A stretch of 64,000 bases of DNA from an uncultured Chloroflexia bacterium (lineage in GTDB: Bacteria; Chloroflexota; Limnocylindria; Limnocylindrales; CSP1-4). Position numbers and translations under genes: made by a program. Below the pieces are notes generated by a model. That model was not told the DNA's origin and did no database searches. It saw nothing but the letters and a program-made list of their open reading frames with translations. The stretch is taken from NCBI GenBank assembly GCA_963720755.1, contig CAVRGP010000002.1, positions 160,001-224,000 on the forward strand, written 5' to 3'. Shown in pieces: positions 9,980 to 22,549 of the stretch; positions within the stretch are counted from its first letter, which is position 1; each line of letters opens with the position of its first letter.

Positions 9980-10981
9980 TCAAGCGTACCGAGCCCGCAG
10001 CCTCGGCAGGATGCGCTCGCCATAGCGGGCGATGGCGGCTTCCTGATCCTCACCCGGGAAGTGGAAGACGAGGTGATCGAACCCGTACTCGACGTAGGTC
10101 GCGATCTGCTCGATGTGATCATCGATGTCAGCCGAGACGAGCCAACGCCGGTGGGCGATGTTCTCCACGCCCCTGGCCAGCCGTTCCATCTCGCGTGGGT
10201 CCTCGACCCCCATCTTCTGTTCGCCCGACAAGGCCAGGGCCGACCAGACCTTGGTGTCCTCCATGGCTCGCTCGAGGTCGTCGTCGAAGCTGACCTTCAT
10301 CTCGATCATCCGGACGAATGGATCCGGGTCGCGTCCCGCCTTGGCCGCGCCTTCGAGGACGGCCGGCAGGAGCGTCTCGGTGTACAGCTCCGTGCCTTTC
10401 CCGGACGTACAGATGAGGCCGTCAGCCAGGCGACCCGCGAGCCGCGCCGCCGCCGGGCCGGAGGCCGCGATGTAGATCGGGACCGGGTCGGCAGGCCGAT
10501 CGTAGATCGTCGCCGCGCGGGTCCGGTGGTAGTCACCCTCGAACGTGACGAACTCCTCGCGGAACAGCCGCTGGATGAGTTGCACCGACTCGCGCAGCCG
10601 GGCGAACCGCTCGCTCTGCTCCGGCCAGTCGATGCCGACCGGGCTCTCGTTCATCGATTCGCCGGTGCCGACGCCGAGGATGACCCGGTCCGGGGCCAGG
10701 AGGGCGAGCGTCGCAAATGCCTGGGCGACGACCGCCGGGTTGTACCGGAACGATGGCGTCAGGACGCTCGTGCCGAGGGTCACCCGGTGGGTTGCCTGGG
10801 CGGCCGCTCCCAGCCAGACCAGGGCGTTGGGGGCGTGGCCGCCGGTGTGTCGCCAGGGCTGGAAGTGATCGCTCGTCCAGACCGAATCGAACCCTGCTTC
10901 TTCGGCCGCGACCGCAAGGTCCAGCAACCGCCGCGGTCCGAACTGCTCGGCGGATGCCTTGTAGCCGAGGGTCAGCGGCAT
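9980..10981 (-). CDS. fgd: F420-dependent glucose-6-phosphate dehydrogenase (LLM family)
   Basis: LGYKASAEQFGP, SDHFQPWRH, GTSVLTP, GTGESMNE, ICTSGKG. Confidence 0.88.
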   Translation of the reverse strand: MPLTLGYKASAEQFGPRRLLDLAVAAEEAGFDSVWTSDHFQPWRHTGGHAPNALVWLGAAAQATHRVTLGTSVLTPSFRYNPAVVAQAFATLALLAPDRVILGVGTGESMNESPVGIDWPEQSERFARLRESVQLIQRLFREEFVTFEGDYHRTRAATIYDRPADPVPIYIAASGPAAARLAGRLADGLICTSGKGTELYTETLLPAVLEGAAKAGRDPDPFVRMIEMKVSFDDDLERAMEDTKVWSALALSGEQKMGVEDPREMERLARGVENIAHRRWLVSADIDDHIEQIATYVEYGFDHLVFHFPGEDQEAAIARYGERILPRLRARYA

Positions 10982-10984
10982 CGG

Positions 10985-11968
10985 CTACAACCGGACCCGT
11001 GGCGGGCTGTCGCGGTCGAACATGTGGACCGTATCCACGAACCGGACCTGCTTGGCCTGGTAGGCCATCACCAGCGAATGCGTTCGCGCTCCACCGCCGA
11101 AGAAGCGGACGCCCTGGAGGAGGTCCCCTGCGGTGACACCGGTCGCCGCGAAGACGAGGTTGTCGCCCGGCGCCAGGTCCTCTGTTCGATAGACCCGTGA
11201 CTCGTCCCCGTGGCCCATCCGCGCCCCACGCTCACGTTCCTCGTCGGACCGATACCGGAATCGAGCCTGGATCTCACCGCCCAGACAGCGGAGCGCTGCA
11301 GCGGTGATGACGCCTTCCGGGGCCCCGCCGAGCCCCATCACGGCGTGGACGCCGGTGCCCGACACGGCGCAGGAGATGGCGGCGGACAGATCGCCGTCGC
11401 CGATCAGCTTGATCCGTGCGCCAGCCTCGCGGACCTCCGCGATCAGGTCGTCGTGGCGGCGCCGTTCGAGGATGACGACGGTGATGTCGGTCACCCGTCG
11501 CTTGAGGGCCTCCGCGATCCTGCCCAGGTTCTCGGATGGCGATTCGCGGATGTCGACCTTGCCGGCGACCACCGGCCCGACACACAGCTTCTCTAGGTAC
11601 GTATCCGGGGCGTGGGTGAGGCCGCCCGCCTCCGACGCTGCCAGGACGGTGATCGCTCCAGCCTGCCCGTGGGCAACAAGGTTCGTGCCCTCCAGCGGAT
11701 CGACGGCGATATCGACCCGCGGCACGTCATCCCGGTCGGCACCGGATCGGCCGACGCGTTCGCCGATATAGAGCATCGGGGCCTGGTCGCGCTCACCCTC
11801 GCCGATGACGATCCGGCCGGCGAAGTCGATCTCGTCCATGGTCTTGCGCATCGCCTCGGTGGCGGCGGCATCGGCGGCATCCTTCTCGCCCTGGCCCATG
11901 TATCGGGCGGACTCGATGGCGGCGGCCTCCGTGACCCGGATCATCTCGAGGGCGAGGAGCTGTTCCAT
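10985..11968 (-). CDS. glpX: Class II fructose-1,6-bisphosphatase
   Basis: [36 protein letters not shown]. Confidence 0.95.
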   Translation of the reverse strand: MEQLLALEMIRVTEAAAIESARYMGQGEKDAADAAATEAMRKTMDEIDFAGRIVIGEGERDQAPMLYIGERVGRSGADRDDVPRVDIAVDPLEGTNLVAHGQAGAITVLAASEAGGLTHAPDTYLEKLCVGPVVAGKVDIRESPSENLGRIAEALKRRVTDITVVILERRRHDDLIAEVREAGARIKLIGDGDLSAAISCAVSGTGVHAVMGLGGAPEGVITAAALRCLGGEIQARFRYRSDEERERGARMGHGDESRVYRTEDLAPGDNLVFAATGVTAGDLLQGVRFFGGGARTHSLVMAYQAKQVRFVDTVHMFDRDSPPRVRL

Positions 11969-11982
11969 GGGCAGGGCCTCCG

Positions 11983-13530
11983 TCAGTGTCTGAAGTGGCG
12001 CCGACCGGTGAAGACCATCGCCATGTGGTGGCGGTCGGCCACTTCGATCGCCATCTCGTCCCGGATGGACCCGCCGGGCTGGATGATGGCGGTCACGCCG
12101 GCTCCGGCCGCCGCCTGGATGCCGTCCGGGAACGGGAAATAGGCATCCGAAGCGAGGACCGCGAGCCTGGCTCGATCGCCGGCTCGGCGGACGGCGATCT
12201 CCACCGAGACCTGGCGGCTGGCCTGGCCGGCCCCGATCCCGACGGTCGCCCCGTTGCGGGCGAGCACGACGGCGTTGGATCGGACGTGGCGGACCGCCCG
12301 CCAACCGAACAGCAGATCGGTCAGCTCCTCGAGCGTCGGCCGCCGCTGGGTGACGACCTGGAGCCGGCCGCGATCGAGTCCGAGGTCGTCCACGCTCTCC
12401 ACCAGCAGGCCACCGGCGACCCGCTTGAAATCGAGACTGGCGATCCCGTAGTCACGCATCCCGTCGGTCGGGTCGGGCGGGATGGCCAGCAGCTCCAGGC
12501 CCGGCTTGCCGCGCAGGATGCCGATCGCGGCCTGGCTGAACCCGGGCGCGACGACCGCCTCGTAGGAGTTGGCCGCGATCTCCCGTGCGGTCGATCCATC
12601 GAGCTCGCGGTTGACGCCGACGATCCCGCCGAACGCCGCGACCGGGTCGGTCTCGAGCGCATGCCGATAGGCCTCGACGAGCTCGTCGTCCGAGGCGAGA
12701 CCGACCGGGTCGGTGTGCTTGACGATCGCGACCGTCGGGGCGGTGTAGTCGCGGGCGATCCGATAGGCCGCATCCAGGTCGAGCAGGTTGTTGAACGACG
12801 GCATCTCGCCCTGTAGCCGGGTCGCGTCGGCCAGGGTTCCGCTCCGGTGGGTCGTCTCCCGGTAGAACGCCGCCCGCTGATGCGGGTTCTCGCCATAGCC
12901 CAGGTCGTCGACCTTCTGCAGAACGATCGCGAGCTGGCGTGGGAAGGTGTTGCCCGAGATCTGGTTGAGGTAGGCGGCGATCTCGGCGTGATACGCGGCG
13001 ACCGTACTGAACGCCTCTGCCGCCAGCCGAGCGCGGGTTTCCGGGCTGACCAGCCCCAGTTCGCGCAGTTCGCTGATCACCTGCGGGTAGTACGCCGGGT
13101 CGGCGACGGAGGCGACCCCGGCCGCATTCCGTGCGGCGGCCCCGAGCAGGGCGGCCCCGGCGATGTCGATCATCTCGATCGCCTCGTCCAGCCCGATGAG
13201 CTTGGCCCCGATGGCGGGCGCGAACGGCTTCACATTGACGACGACCACGTCGATCAGGCCGATGCCCTGGGCCCTGAGTTCCTCGAGTTGGCTCGGGACG
13301 TCACGCCTGGCCAGGATGCCCGCGTAGACCGCATGGTGGAACGTCTTGACCTGGCCGCCGACGTCTGGTTCGCCCTGCGTCAGCGACGACACCGGCTCGA
13401 CCTTGACCCCTTCACCGGCCAGGAATTCACGAGTCCCGTCCGTGGCCACGACGTCCATGCCGAGATCCAGCAGCTCGCGGGCCAACTCGGCGATCCCATC
13501 TCGGTTCGCCACTGACAGCAGGGCTCGCAC
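11983..13530 (-). CDS. purH: Bifunctional AICAR transformylase/IMP cyclohydrolase
   Basis: [36 protein letters not shown]; GTG start with GGAGG RBS. Confidence 0.93.
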   Translation of the reverse strand: MRALLSVANRDGIAELARELLDLGMDVVATDGTREFLAGEGVKVEPVSSLTQGEPDVGGQVKTFHHAVYAGILARRDVPSQLEELRAQGIGLIDVVVVNVKPFAPAIGAKLIGLDEAIEMIDIAGAALLGAAARNAAGVASVADPAYYPQVISELRELGLVSPETRARLAAEAFSTVAAYHAEIAAYLNQISGNTFPRQLAIVLQKVDDLGYGENPHQRAAFYRETTHRSGTLADATRLQGEMPSFNNLLDLDAAYRIARDYTAPTVAIVKHTDPVGLASDDELVEAYRHALETDPVAAFGGIVGVNRELDGSTAREIAANSYEAVVAPGFSQAAIGILRGKPGLELLAIPPDPTDGMRDYGIASLDFKRVAGGLLVESVDDLGLDRGRLQVVTQRRPTLEELTDLLFGWRAVRHVRSNAVVLARNGATVGIGAGQASRQVSVEIAVRRAGDRARLAVLASDAYFPFPDGIQAAAGAGVTAIIQPGGSIRDEMAIEVADRHHMAMVFTGRRHFRH

Positions 13531-13626
13531 CCGGGCCTCCTCCCGATCCCCTGGCTGGCGACGCGTCAGCGGGGCCGATCGGTGGCTCCCCCGGACGGAC
13601 GCGACAGCGCCGCATCGTTGCGGTCG

Positions 13627-13632
13627 AGTATA
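13627..13632 (-). promoter_or_regulatory. Putative -10 box (TATACT) for the purH-glpX-fgd operon
   Basis: Near-consensus hexamer in the divergent intergenic gap of a very GC-rich sequence; no clear -35. Confidence 0.4.
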
Positions 13633-13688
13633 CCGCCCGACATGGCATACTCCCTTGGCCCATCCAACATGCGACATGAGGTCAGCGC

Positions 13689-14132
13689 GTGACCCTTGCC
13701 CCCTGGGAATACCTCTTCGAGGCGTTCAACAGCACGAACTTTCCGGACCTGTTCCACCCGATCTGGATCGCTTCGCTGGTGCTGTTGGTCATCCTGACCG
13801 TCCTCTACAACCTGCGGACGCGTGCGCTGCATCGCCACCCGCCGTACCTCGAGATGTGGGAGTGGCTGTGGTGGACCGGCTTGATCACGTTCAGCCTGAT
13901 CCTCATCGAGTCACTCTTTGTGTTCGACTTCTTCCTGGTGCTGACGACGCTCATCGTCGGTCTGGGCACCCTCGTCTGGATCCGGTTCATCCGGTTCCCG
14001 CCGTATTTCGTGGCCTACGAGGCGAAATTGGCGCGCGAGCGATACAACACCCAGCGCCGGTATGCGGATCCGGACGCAACCATCAAGAAGCGCGGCGGGC
14101 GGCCCCAGCGGCAACGGCGCCGCCGTCACTGA
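13689..14132 (+). CDS. Hypothetical membrane protein
   Basis: Three hydrophobic segments and a basic C-terminal tail. Confidence 0.75.
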   Translation: MTLAPWEYLFEAFNSTNFPDLFHPIWIASLVLLVILTVLYNLRTRALHRHPPYLEMWEWLWWTGLITFSLILIESLFVFDFFLVLTTLIVGLGTLVWIRFIRFPPYFVAYEAKLARERYNTQRRYADPDATIKKRGGRPQRQRRRRH

Positions 14133-14142
14133 CGGCGCGGTC

Positions 14143-14610
14143 ATGTCGATCGAGATCCGACAATTCGGGGTCGGCCACCGGCGTGCGACAGGCCCGATCG
14201 GTTCAGTCGGCCTGACCGGGCAGACGGTCCACGCGGATGGTCGTGGTTCGGTGGCGGAAGTCGTCCTGTCGCGCAATGCCCGGATCGAACCCCACGCGAA
14301 CCCGAACACGACCTACTTCATCGTCATCGAGGGCGGCGGCTGGGTCGGGGTCGGCGACGAATGGACCCGGATCGCCGCCGGCGAGGCCGCGGTCTGGCCG
14401 GCGGACATCCCGCATGCCGCCTGGACCGAGCACTCGGAGATGCGCGCGATCGTCGTTGAATTCGCGGGGCCAGACGATTCCGACTCGGTCATCGGCCGGG
14501 CGCGCGTGGCCGGGAACGACGGGGAGGCCGTCGGCCGGGGTGCCGGCCGCCTGACGGCCCGGACGGGTCCGCCGCCAACCCACGATCCGTCCGAGGGTGA
14601 GCCTGCCTAG
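14143..14610 (+). CDS. Cupin domain protein
   Basis: PHANP..FIVIEGGG..GEAAVWPADIPH cupin pattern. Confidence 0.8.
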   Translation: MSIEIRQFGVGHRRATGPIGSVGLTGQTVHADGRGSVAEVVLSRNARIEPHANPNTTYFIVIEGGGWVGVGDEWTRIAAGEAAVWPADIPHAAWTEHSEMRAIVVEFAGPDDSDSVIGRARVAGNDGEAVGRGAGRLTARTGPPPTHDPSEGEPA

Positions 14611-15245
14611 GGGCGGAGCAGGCCGCCGACCTGGCTGAGGATGCGCGCCGTCGCGCCCCAGACCGACAGCCCATCGATGTCGTACGCCCCGTAGCGAACG
14701 GGCCAACCCTCGATCTCGCGTTCGACGATGGTGATCGGGGCGTCCGGCAGGAAACGCACGATCGGTGGCTCCACGATCCGAGCCACTTCGGCAGGCGACG
14801 CGATCAGCAGCGGGCGCCGCTCGGCGACGGCCAGGATCGGGGTCACCGCGAAACCGCTCACGGGGATCGTGAACTGCTGGAGTAGGCCGATCACGCGGAC
14901 GGCCGCCTGGACACCGTCGAGACCCACCTCTTCGGCGGCTTCGCGCATGGCCGTCGCGGTGAGGTCGGCATCGTCCGGTTCGGCCTTGCCACCCGGGAAA
15001 CTGACTTCGCCGCTGTGATGGCCATCCCGGCTGGCGCGCTCGGTCAGGACGACCCGGGTCGCGCCGGCATCGTCGGGGAACAGGAGTACCAGGACGGCCG
15101 CCGATCGAGGCGGTCGATCGGATCGGAGGCGACGCCAGGCCGGTGGCTCGGCGGCGCCCACCACGATCGGCATCAGGACATCTGCGGGCACCGGCCATCG
15201 ATCCGGGAGCACCCGAAGTCGATCGAGCGCGTCATCGAAGCGCAT
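14607..15245 (-). CDS. Nudix CoA pyrophosphatase
   Basis: AAVLV, HSGEVSFPGG..AMREAAEEVG, VWGATARIL. Confidence 0.9.
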   Translation of the reverse strand: MRFDDALDRLRVLPDRWPVPADVLMPIVVGAAEPPAWRRLRSDRPPRSAAVLVLLFPDDAGATRVVLTERASRDGHHSGEVSFPGGKAEPDDADLTATAMREAAEEVGLDGVQAAVRVIGLLQQFTIPVSGFAVTPILAVAERRPLLIASPAEVARIVEPPIVRFLPDAPITIVEREIEGWPVRYGAYDIDGLSVWGATARILSQVGGLLRP

Positions 15246-15286
15246 GGTTCGATCGAGGATACGTCGACGTCGAGTCGGGGGCCCCG

Positions 15287-17977
15287 CTAGTTGAGCCGAT
15301 CCCCGCCGGGGACCGGGGCCGGGTCCTGGACCCGCCGTGCGCGGGCGTCGCGCTTCGTGCCGCCCTCCGTGACGATCGTCGCCGACCCGGTCGAGAAGAC
15401 GAGGGTCCCGTTGACCCGGTCGGCATCGGCCACGATCCGGTCCCCGGGCCGGAACTCGCCGGAGACGATGGCCCGGGCCAGGGGGTTCTCCACGAGCCGC
15501 TGGATCGTCCGCTTGAGCGGCCTGGCTCCGAACGCGGGATCGGTCCCTTCGTCGACCAACAGGGCCCGGGCCGCCTGGGTCAGCTCGAGTTCGATGTCCT
15601 GACCGCTGAGCCGGGTGGCGAGGTCGTCGACCAGGAGCCCGACGATCTGCTCGAGGTCCGCCTCGGTCAGGGCATGGAACACGATGACCTCGTCGACACG
15701 GTTGAGGAACTCCGGCCGGAAGCTCGAGCTGAGCGCCTCGGTCACCTCCTGCTTCATCAGCTCGTATGCCGCGTCGCCGCTGCGGGCCCCGGTGGCGGCG
15801 ATCGCCGCGCTCCCGATATTGCTGGTCATGATCACGACCGTGTTCTTGAAGTCCACCGTCCGGCCCTGGCTATCGGTCAGGCGGCCGTCGTCGAGGACCT
15901 GGAGCAGGACGTTGAAGACGTCGGGGTGGGCCTTCTCGATCTCGTCGAGCAGCACGACCTGGTACGGCCGCCGTCGGACGGCTTCGGTCAACTGGCCACC
16001 CTCGTCGTAGCCGACATACCCCGGAGGTGCCCCGACCAGCCGCGACACGGCGAACTTCTCCATGTACTCGCTCATGTCGATCCGGACCATCGCGTTCTCG
16101 TCGTCGAACATGAACTCGGCAAGCGCCCGGGCCAACTCCGTCTTGCCGACGCCGGTCGGTCCGAGGAACAGGAACGAGCCGATCGGACGGCGCGGATCCT
16201 TGAGTCCCGCCCGCGCCCGTCGAACGGCATCGGACACGGCCTGGAGTGCCTCGTCCTGGCCCACGACCCGGGCGTGCAGCCGTTCCTCCATGTGGATCAG
16301 CTTGTCGGTCTCGCCCTCCAGCAGGCGGTTGACCGGGATCCCTGTCCAGCTGGCGACGATCTCGGCGATGTCGTCGGCGCCGACTTCCTCCTTGAGCAGG
16401 GCGCCGGGTCCCTGAAGCGCCGCAACGGCGGCTTCCTGCTCGGTCATCCGGTCGGTCAGCTCCTTGAGCGTCCCGTACTTGAGCTCGGCGGCGGTCGCAT
16501 AGTCGGTCTCGCGCTCGGCCTGTTCGATCCTGGTCGTCAGCGTCTCCAGCTCGGCCTTGGTGGCGCGGATCGCGGCGATCGCCGACTTCTCCGCCTCCCA
16601 GCGCTGTTTCATCGCGCCGGCCTGCTCGTCGATGTCGGCGAGCTCCTTCTCGAGCGTTTCGAGCCTCGCCTTCGACGCCTCGTCGGTCTCCTTGCGCAGC
16701 GCTTCGCGTTCGATCTCGAGCTGGATGCGTCGCCGCTCGAGCTCGTCGATCTCGATCGGCATCGAGTCGATCTCCATCCGCAACCGGGAGGCCGCCTCGT
16801 CGACCAGATCGATCGCCTTGTCGGGCAGGAATCGTTCGGTGATGTAGCGGTCGGACAGGGTCGCGGCCGCGACCAGCGCTGAATCGGTGATCCGGACACC
16901 GTGGTGGACCTCGTACCGTTCGCGCAGCCCACGCAGGATGCTGATCGTCTCCTCGACGGTCGGCTGGTCGACGAGGACGGGCTGGAAGCGCCGCTCGAGC
17001 GCCGCGTCCTTCTCGATGTGCTTGCGGTACTCGTCGAGGGTCGTGGCGCCGATCGTGTGCAGTTCACCGCGGGCGAGCATCGGCTTGAGCAGGTTCGAGG
17101 CGTCCATGGCGCCTTCCGCGGCGCCCGCACCGACGACCGTGTGGAGCTCGTCGATGAACAGGATGACCCGTCCCTCGGCGTCCTTGATCTCCTTGAGGAC
17201 GGCCTTGAGCCGCTCCTCGAACTCCCCGCGGAACTTGGCTCCGGCGATGAGCGCACCGAGGTCGAGCGCGACGACGCGCTTGTCCTTCAGTCCCTCCGGA
17301 ACATCGCCCCGGACGATCCGCTGGGCGAGACCCTCCGCGATCGCCGTCTTGCCGACGCCGGGTTCGCCGATCAGGACCGGATTGTTCTTCGTTCGACGGG
17401 ACAGGACCTGGATGACCCGACGGATCTCGTCGTCGCGGCCGATGACCGGGTCGAGCTTGCCGGCTCGCGCCTCGACGGTCAGGTCGCGGCCGTACTTCTC
17501 GAGCGCCGCATACGTCCCTTCGGGGTTCTGCGAGGTCACCCGCTGGCCGCCGCGGACGCTCTGGAGCGCCTGGAGGATGGCCTCGCGGCCGGCCGCGTGA
17601 CCCTCGAGCAGCGCCTGGCCCTCACCGCCGACCTCGTCGATGGCCAGGAGCAGGTGCTCGGTCGAGACGTACTCGTCGCCAAGGCGCCGGGCCTCCGCCT
17701 CGGCCAGTTCGATCACCCGTCGGGCGCGTGGATCCATCGACAGCGATCCGCCCTGGACCCGAGCCCGTCGGGCCAGGATCGCGGCAAGTTCTCCGCGGAA
17801 CCCAGGCAGGTCCACGCCCAATCGGCGAAGCGTTTCAGCGGGCACCCCGTCGTCCGGTTCGATCAGGGCGGACAGGATGTGCTCCGCGTCGAGGATCGGG
17901 CTGTCGAGCCGCTGGGCTGTGGCCTGGGCTTCGACGATGGCCTCCTGGGCCTTCTGGGTGAATCGGTCGAGTTGCAT
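15287..17977 (-). CDS. clpB: ATP-dependent chaperone ClpB
   Basis: Two AAA domains ([16 protein letters not shown]), coiled-coil middle domain, GAPPGYVGY. Confidence 0.97.
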   Translation of the reverse strand: MQLDRFTQKAQEAIVEAQATAQRLDSPILDAEHILSALIEPDDGVPAETLRRLGVDLPGFRGELAAILARRARVQGGSLSMDPRARRVIELAEAEARRLGDEYVSTEHLLLAIDEVGGEGQALLEGHAAGREAILQALQSVRGGQRVTSQNPEGTYAALEKYGRDLTVEARAGKLDPVIGRDDEIRRVIQVLSRRTKNNPVLIGEPGVGKTAIAEGLAQRIVRGDVPEGLKDKRVVALDLGALIAGAKFRGEFEERLKAVLKEIKDAEGRVILFIDELHTVVGAGAAEGAMDASNLLKPMLARGELHTIGATTLDEYRKHIEKDAALERRFQPVLVDQPTVEETISILRGLRERYEVHHGVRITDSALVAAATLSDRYITERFLPDKAIDLVDEAASRLRMEIDSMPIEIDELERRRIQLEIEREALRKETDEASKARLETLEKELADIDEQAGAMKQRWEAEKSAIAAIRATKAELETLTTRIEQAERETDYATAAELKYGTLKELTDRMTEQEAAVAALQGPGALLKEEVGADDIAEIVASWTGIPVNRLLEGETDKLIHMEERLHARVVGQDEALQAVSDAVRRARAGLKDPRRPIGSFLFLGPTGVGKTELARALAEFMFDDENAMVRIDMSEYMEKFAVSRLVGAPPGYVGYDEGGQLTEAVRRRPYQVVLLDEIEKAHPDVFNVLLQVLDDGRLTDSQGRTVDFKNTVVIMTSNIGSAAIAATGARSGDAAYELMKQEVTEALSSSFRPEFLNRVDEVIVFHALTEADLEQIVGLLVDDLATRLSGQDIELELTQAARALLVDEGTDPAFGARPLKRTIQRLVENPLARAIVSGEFRPGDRIVADADRVNGTLVFSTGSATIVTEGGTKRDARARRVQDPAPVPGGDRLN

Positions 17978-17978
17978 C

Positions 17979-19016
17979 TCAGTTCTCGTTCCTGTCGAGG
18001 TGTTCGAAGAGGGTCCGGGCGGCCGTGCGAGCCTCGTCGGATAGATGGGTCGGGATGGTCACCCGGGCCTTGGCGTAGAGGTCGCCGTGACCGGTCCCCT
18101 TGAATCGTGGCATCCCGCGTCCGGTCAGGCGGAAGGTCCGACCGGGTTGGGTCCCGGCCGGGATCGTGAGCAGGACGCTGCCCTTGAGGGTCTCGACCCG
18201 GACCTCCGCACCGAGCAGGGCCTCCTCGAGCGTCAGCGGGAGCTCGCGGTCGAGGTCCGCGCCGCGGCGCGTGAACCGTGCATCGGGCAGCTGGCGAACG
18301 ACGACGACGATGTCGCCGCCACCCGGTCCACGCCCGGTCAGCTTGATCCGGGTCCCGGTGTCGGCACCGGGAGGGATGGTGATCTCGAGACGCTTGCCAT
18401 CGACGTCCACGAGGCGAGTCGTACCGTGATACGCCTCCTCGAGCGTGATCTCGGCGGCGGCTTCGTGGACCGCCCGTGGTCGGGCCGGGCCGCCCGGCCT
18501 GCCTGTCGGCCCGGCCGACCGGCCATCGATCCCCATCCCGGCGAGGATGTCGTCGAAGCCCATGGCACCGGTCCGGCTGCCGACTCCGGCGCCACTCGTC
18601 GATGCGGGACCGGTCGGGCCGGCATCCTGGCCAAAGAAGACGCGGAAGAAGTCCGAGAAGCCACCCGTGTCTCCGCTCGTCCGGAACTCGTAGCGGACGT
18701 TGCCGCCCGGGGCGCCGTGACCCGCGCCGAACCCCGCGAAGGGGCCGCCAGCCGGGCCACCTCCGGCCCCGGCCTGTCTGGCCCGACTGATGGCCTCCCA
18801 GTTCGCCCCGAGCTCGTCATATTGCTTCCGTTTCGCGACGTCGCCCAGGACCTCGTTGGCTTCGTTGATCTCCTTGAACCGGGTCTCGGCGGTGGCATCG
18901 CCGGGCTTGGCGTCCGGATGGTGCTGGCGGGCTAGCTTGCGGAAGGCCTTCTTGACGTCAGCCTGCGACGCGGTCCTCGGCACGCCGAGGACCGCGTAGT
19001 AATCCTTGAACTCCAT
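17979..19016 (-). CDS. DnaJ-class chaperone (CbpA-like, no zinc finger)
   Basis: [12 protein letters not shown] motif, G/F-rich region, DnaJ-C domain; no CxxCxGxG. Confidence 0.92.
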   Translation of the reverse strand: MEFKDYYAVLGVPRTASQADVKKAFRKLARQHHPDAKPGDATAETRFKEINEANEVLGDVAKRKQYDELGANWEAISRARQAGAGGGPAGGPFAGFGAGHGAPGGNVRYEFRTSGDTGGFSDFFRVFFGQDAGPTGPASTSGAGVGSRTGAMGFDDILAGMGIDGRSAGPTGRPGGPARPRAVHEAAAEITLEEAYHGTTRLVDVDGKRLEITIPPGADTGTRIKLTGRGPGGGDIVVVVRQLPDARFTRRGADLDRELPLTLEEALLGAEVRVETLKGSVLLTIPAGTQPGRTFRLTGRGMPRFKGTGHGDLYAKARVTIPTHLSDEARTAARTLFEHLDRNEN

Positions 19017-19097
19017 GGGGTTGCTTGCCACGGTCCGTTGGTCGCCGCCTGAGTGCTCGATCCGTTCACTGGGTCGAGCACCCGACGACGAGGTCTC

Positions 19098-21596
19098 CTA
19101 TCCGTGTTCGACGACGACGGGCGGCCGGTCGGTCGTCGGGAAGTTGGTCCGCCGAACGGTCGGCTGTCGGTCCGGTTCGGGATCGACCTTGTCCTTGCCC
19201 TTGACGACCTTCGGCGGTTCGGTGGCGAGCGCCTTCGGCTTGCGCCGCAGGGCGGCCTCGAGGACCTGTTCCATCGAGTCGACGAGGATGAGTTTGATCG
19301 ACTTGCGGATCTCATCGGGGATGTCCCGGAGATCCTTCTCATTCTTGCGCGGGAGGATGACGATCTTCGCCCCCGACAGGTGGGCGGCAAGGATCTTGCT
19401 CTTGAGCCCGCCGATCGGGAGGACCCGACCGCGCAGCGTGATCTCGCCGGTCATCGCCACGTCCTTGCGGACCGGGATGCCCGTCAGGGCGCTGACCATC
19501 GCGGTGGCCATCGTGATCCCGGCAGACGGGCCGTCCTTGGGGATCGCTCCGGCCGGCACATGGATGTGCAGCGTGTTGTGCTCGAAGATCTCCCTCGGGA
19601 TGCCGAGTTCGGCCGCGTGGGCTCGGGTCCACGACAGGCCGGCCCTGGCGGATTCGCGCATGACCTCGCCCAGCTGGCCGGTCAGGATGAAGTCCTCGCG
19701 GCCCTCCATCCGGGTCACCTCGATGGCAACCACATCGCCACCGACCTCGGTCACGACGAGGCCCGTCGCGGCGCCGGTCTGATCCTCGGACTCGAGTTCG
19801 CCGTACTCGAACCGCGCCGGGCCGAGGAGTGCGGCCAGCTTCTTGGGATCGATGATCGTCTTGCGCTTGCGGCCCTCGGCGACCTGCCGGGCGACCTTGC
19901 GCATCACGTTGGCGAGCTCGCGCTCGAGGTTTCGAACGCCGGCTTCATGCGTGTACGAGCGGACGAGTTCGGTCATGGCCTCGTCCGTGATCTCGATGTG
20001 CTTGGCCTTGAGGCCGTGGTTGGTCATCTGCTTCGGGACGAGGAAGCGCTTCCCGATCTCGATCTTCTCCTGCTCCGTATAGCCGGGCAGATAGACGATC
20101 TCCATCCGGTCGCGGAGGGCCGGCGGGATCGGATCGAGCAGGTTGCCCGTGGCCACGAACAGGACCTTGCTGAGGTCGAACGGGACCTCCAGATAGTTGT
20201 CCTGGAAGGTGCTGTTCTGCTCTGGGTCGAGGACCTCCAGGAGGGCCGAACTCGGGTCGCCCCGGAAGTCCATCCCGATCTTGTCGACCTCGTCGAGCAT
20301 GAACACCGGGTTATTCGAGCCGGCGGTCTTGATGCTCTGGATGATCCGACCGGGCAACGCGCCGATATAGGTGCGCCGATGGCCGCGGATCTCGGCCTCG
20401 TCGTGGATGCCGCCAAGGCTCATCCGCACGAACTTGCGGTCCATCGCCCGCGCGATGCTCTTGCCCAGGCTCGTCTTGCCCACTCCGGGGGGCCCGACGA
20501 AGGCGAGGATCGGGCTGCGGATCTCATCCGCGAGCGTGCGCACCGCGAGGTATTCGAGGATGCGCTCCTTGATCTTGTCGAGGCCGTAATGATCCTCGTC
20601 GAGGATCCGGGCAGCCTCCTTGATGTCGAGCTGGTCGTCGGTCGCGACATCCCAGGGCAGCCCGATCAGCCAGTCGACGTAGGTCCGGATGACCCCGACC
20701 TCCGGCGATGCCGAGGGGATCCGGCTCATCCGGTCGATCTCCTTGATCGCCCGGGCCTTGATCTCTTCCGGCATACCGGCGGCCTCGACCTTGTCGCGCA
20801 GTTCGTTGATCTCTGCCTGCTGGGGGTCGTCCTCGCCCAGCTCGCGCTGGATCGCCTTGAGTTGCTCGCGCAGGATGTACTCACGCTGGGTCTTGTCCAT
20901 CTCCGACTTGACTTCGGACTGGATCCGACCCTTGAGCTCGAGGATCTCGATCTGATGGGCGAGGAAGGTCGAGACGAGCTTCAGACGCTCGGTGACGTCG
21001 ATCGTCTCGAGCATCTCCTGGCGCTGCTCGGTGGTCATGTCCGGGCTGTACGCGACCATGTCGGCGAGCAGCCCGGGCTCGGTGATATTTCGCGCCGCGA
21101 CGGCGGCTTCGGGTGGGACGGGTGCGCCGTTGGCGACGTACTGCTCGATCTGCGCCTGGACCGAGCGCATGAGCGCCTGGACCTCGACGTCGTCGGGGCT
21201 CTCGTCGCTGAGTTCCTCGACGTGCGCGCGCAGGTATGGCTCCGTCGCGCTGAACCCGTGGACGCGCAGGCGGCCCTGACCCTGGACGATGGCCCGAACG
21301 GTCCCGTCCTGGAGTTGGACGACCTGGGCGATCTTGGCGAGGGTGCCGATGGCGTACAGCTCGGACGGATCGGTGATGTCTTCCTGTTCGGCTTGCCGCT
21401 GGGTCACGAGCGCGATCGGGCCGCCTTCGGCGACCGCCGCGTTGAGCGCGTTGACGCTCTTCTCGCGACCGACCTGCAGTGGGACGATCATCTCCGGAAA
21501 GATGACCGTCTCCCGAAGTGCGACGAGCGGAAGCTCGACGATGCCCATGGTCGGGGTGGGCTGCTCGTCGACCGGGTTGGACGGTCGCTTGGCCAT
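19098..21596 (-). CDS. lon: Lon protease
   Basis: [27 protein letters not shown] catalytic Ser, PIGGLKSK. Confidence 0.97.
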   Translation of the reverse strand: MAKRPSNPVDEQPTPTMGIVELPLVALRETVIFPEMIVPLQVGREKSVNALNAAVAEGGPIALVTQRQAEQEDITDPSELYAIGTLAKIAQVVQLQDGTVRAIVQGQGRLRVHGFSATEPYLRAHVEELSDESPDDVEVQALMRSVQAQIEQYVANGAPVPPEAAVAARNITEPGLLADMVAYSPDMTTEQRQEMLETIDVTERLKLVSTFLAHQIEILELKGRIQSEVKSEMDKTQREYILREQLKAIQRELGEDDPQQAEINELRDKVEAAGMPEEIKARAIKEIDRMSRIPSASPEVGVIRTYVDWLIGLPWDVATDDQLDIKEAARILDEDHYGLDKIKERILEYLAVRTLADEIRSPILAFVGPPGVGKTSLGKSIARAMDRKFVRMSLGGIHDEAEIRGHRRTYIGALPGRIIQSIKTAGSNNPVFMLDEVDKIGMDFRGDPSSALLEVLDPEQNSTFQDNYLEVPFDLSKVLFVATGNLLDPIPPALRDRMEIVYLPGYTEQEKIEIGKRFLVPKQMTNHGLKAKHIEITDEAMTELVRSYTHEAGVRNLERELANVMRKVARQVAEGRKRKTIIDPKKLAALLGPARFEYGELESEDQTGAATGLVVTEVGGDVVAIEVTRMEGREDFILTGQLGEVMRESARAGLSWTRAHAAELGIPREIFEHNTLHIHVPAGAIPKDGPSAGITMATAMVSALTGIPVRKDVAMTGEITLRGRVLPIGGLKSKILAAHLSGAKIVILPRKNEKDLRDIPDEIRKSIKLILVDSMEQVLEAALRRKPKALATEPPKVVKGKDKVDPEPDRQPTVRRTNFPTTDRPPVVVEHG

Positions 21597-21607
21597 TCGA
21601 TGATCTC

Positions 21608-21961
21608 CTAGGGTGCTGGTGTCGTGGGATCTTCAGTCGACGCGTCGGTCGCGTCGTCCCTGGTCCCTTCGGCGTAGAGGGCTTCGAGGATGCGAGCGCC
21701 GAGGCGCTCCTCGAGTTCGAACAGGATCCGGATGCCGGCGAGATTCACGCCACGTTCCCGGGTCAGATGGCGGATCCAGGTGATCCGTCGGATGTCGTTT
21801 TCGCTGTACAGGCGGATGTTGGATGGTGTCCGGGCCGGACAGAGGAGGCCTTCGTCCTCGTAGATGCGCAGCGTCCGGGGATGTGCGCTCACGAGTGTCG
21901 CCGCCACGCTGATCACGTAGACCGGCTGCTCGGGATCGCGCTCCCGCCGGACGGAGGCCAT
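21608..21961 (-). CDS. hspR: MerR-family heat-shock repressor, HspR-like
   Basis: PVYVISVAA..HPRTLRIYE..RLYS..GVNLAGI; inside a chaperone operon. Confidence 0.85.
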   Translation of the reverse strand: MASVRRERDPEQPVYVISVAATLVSAHPRTLRIYEDEGLLCPARTPSNIRLYSENDIRRITWIRHLTRERGVNLAGIRILFELEERLGARILEALYAEGTRDDATDASTEDPTTPAP

Positions 21962-21965
21962 CCGG

Positions 21966-22484
21966 TCAGACGCCCGCAGGGGTTGCGGTGTCCGAGGCGG
22001 ACGTCGCCTTGGCGCCATTGGTCGAGTGACCATCGGTGGTCGGGCTGATCCGGATCTGGCGCGGCTTGACCGCCTCGGCCCGCGGGATCCGAAGGCTCAG
22101 CATGCCGTGCTCGAAGGTGGCCGTCGCCTTGTCGGCCTCGAGCCCGCGAGGGAGCGAGACGACCCGGTTGAACGTGCCACGACGGATCTCGCGGACGAGC
22201 GTCTCGCCCTCTCCGCCGGCGTGCTCGTCGGTCGACTCCGCATGGATGTTGAGGGTCCCGTCCTCGACCGTGATCTCGACATCCTCGGGACGGATCCCGG
22301 GCAGAGCCGCCTGGACGATGAGTTCGTCGGCCCCGCTGGTGATGTCAAGGGGGAGGGTGAATGGATCCTGGCCGCCGCCTGTCCACGAGAACGGGCGAAC
22401 GACGCTGTCTTCAAAGAGCCGGTCCATCGCCTGGCGCAGCGAGACGAGCTCGCCGAGAGGCGAGGCGCGGCGCACGATCGTCAT
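21966..22484 (-). CDS. Hsp20/alpha-crystallin small heat-shock protein
   Basis: LPGIRPEDVEI, F.R.VSLP, A.FEHGML.L.IP, terminal IxI motif; GGAGGTG RBS. Confidence 0.93.
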   Translation of the reverse strand: MTIVRRASPLGELVSLRQAMDRLFEDSVVRPFSWTGGGQDPFTLPLDITSGADELIVQAALPGIRPEDVEITVEDGTLNIHAESTDEHAGGEGETLVREIRRGTFNRVVSLPRGLEADKATATFEHGMLSLRIPRAEAVKPRQIRISPTTDGHSTNGAKATSASDTATPAGV

Positions 22485-22549
22485 GACGTACACCTCCAGT
22501 GATGATGGTTCGGACTGGTCCCGACCGGGCATCGGTTGGAACATGGCGC

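Noticed and set aside
13531-13688. ZMP/ZTP riboswitch upstream of purH
   Set aside because: Could not find the conserved motif elements by eye; an Rfam scan would be decisive.
19053-21611. 852 aa plus-strand ORF and similar long antisense ORFs (opposite clpB, nuoD, cysN)
   Set aside because: Shadow ORFs caused by GC-rich codon bias opposite clearly conserved genes.
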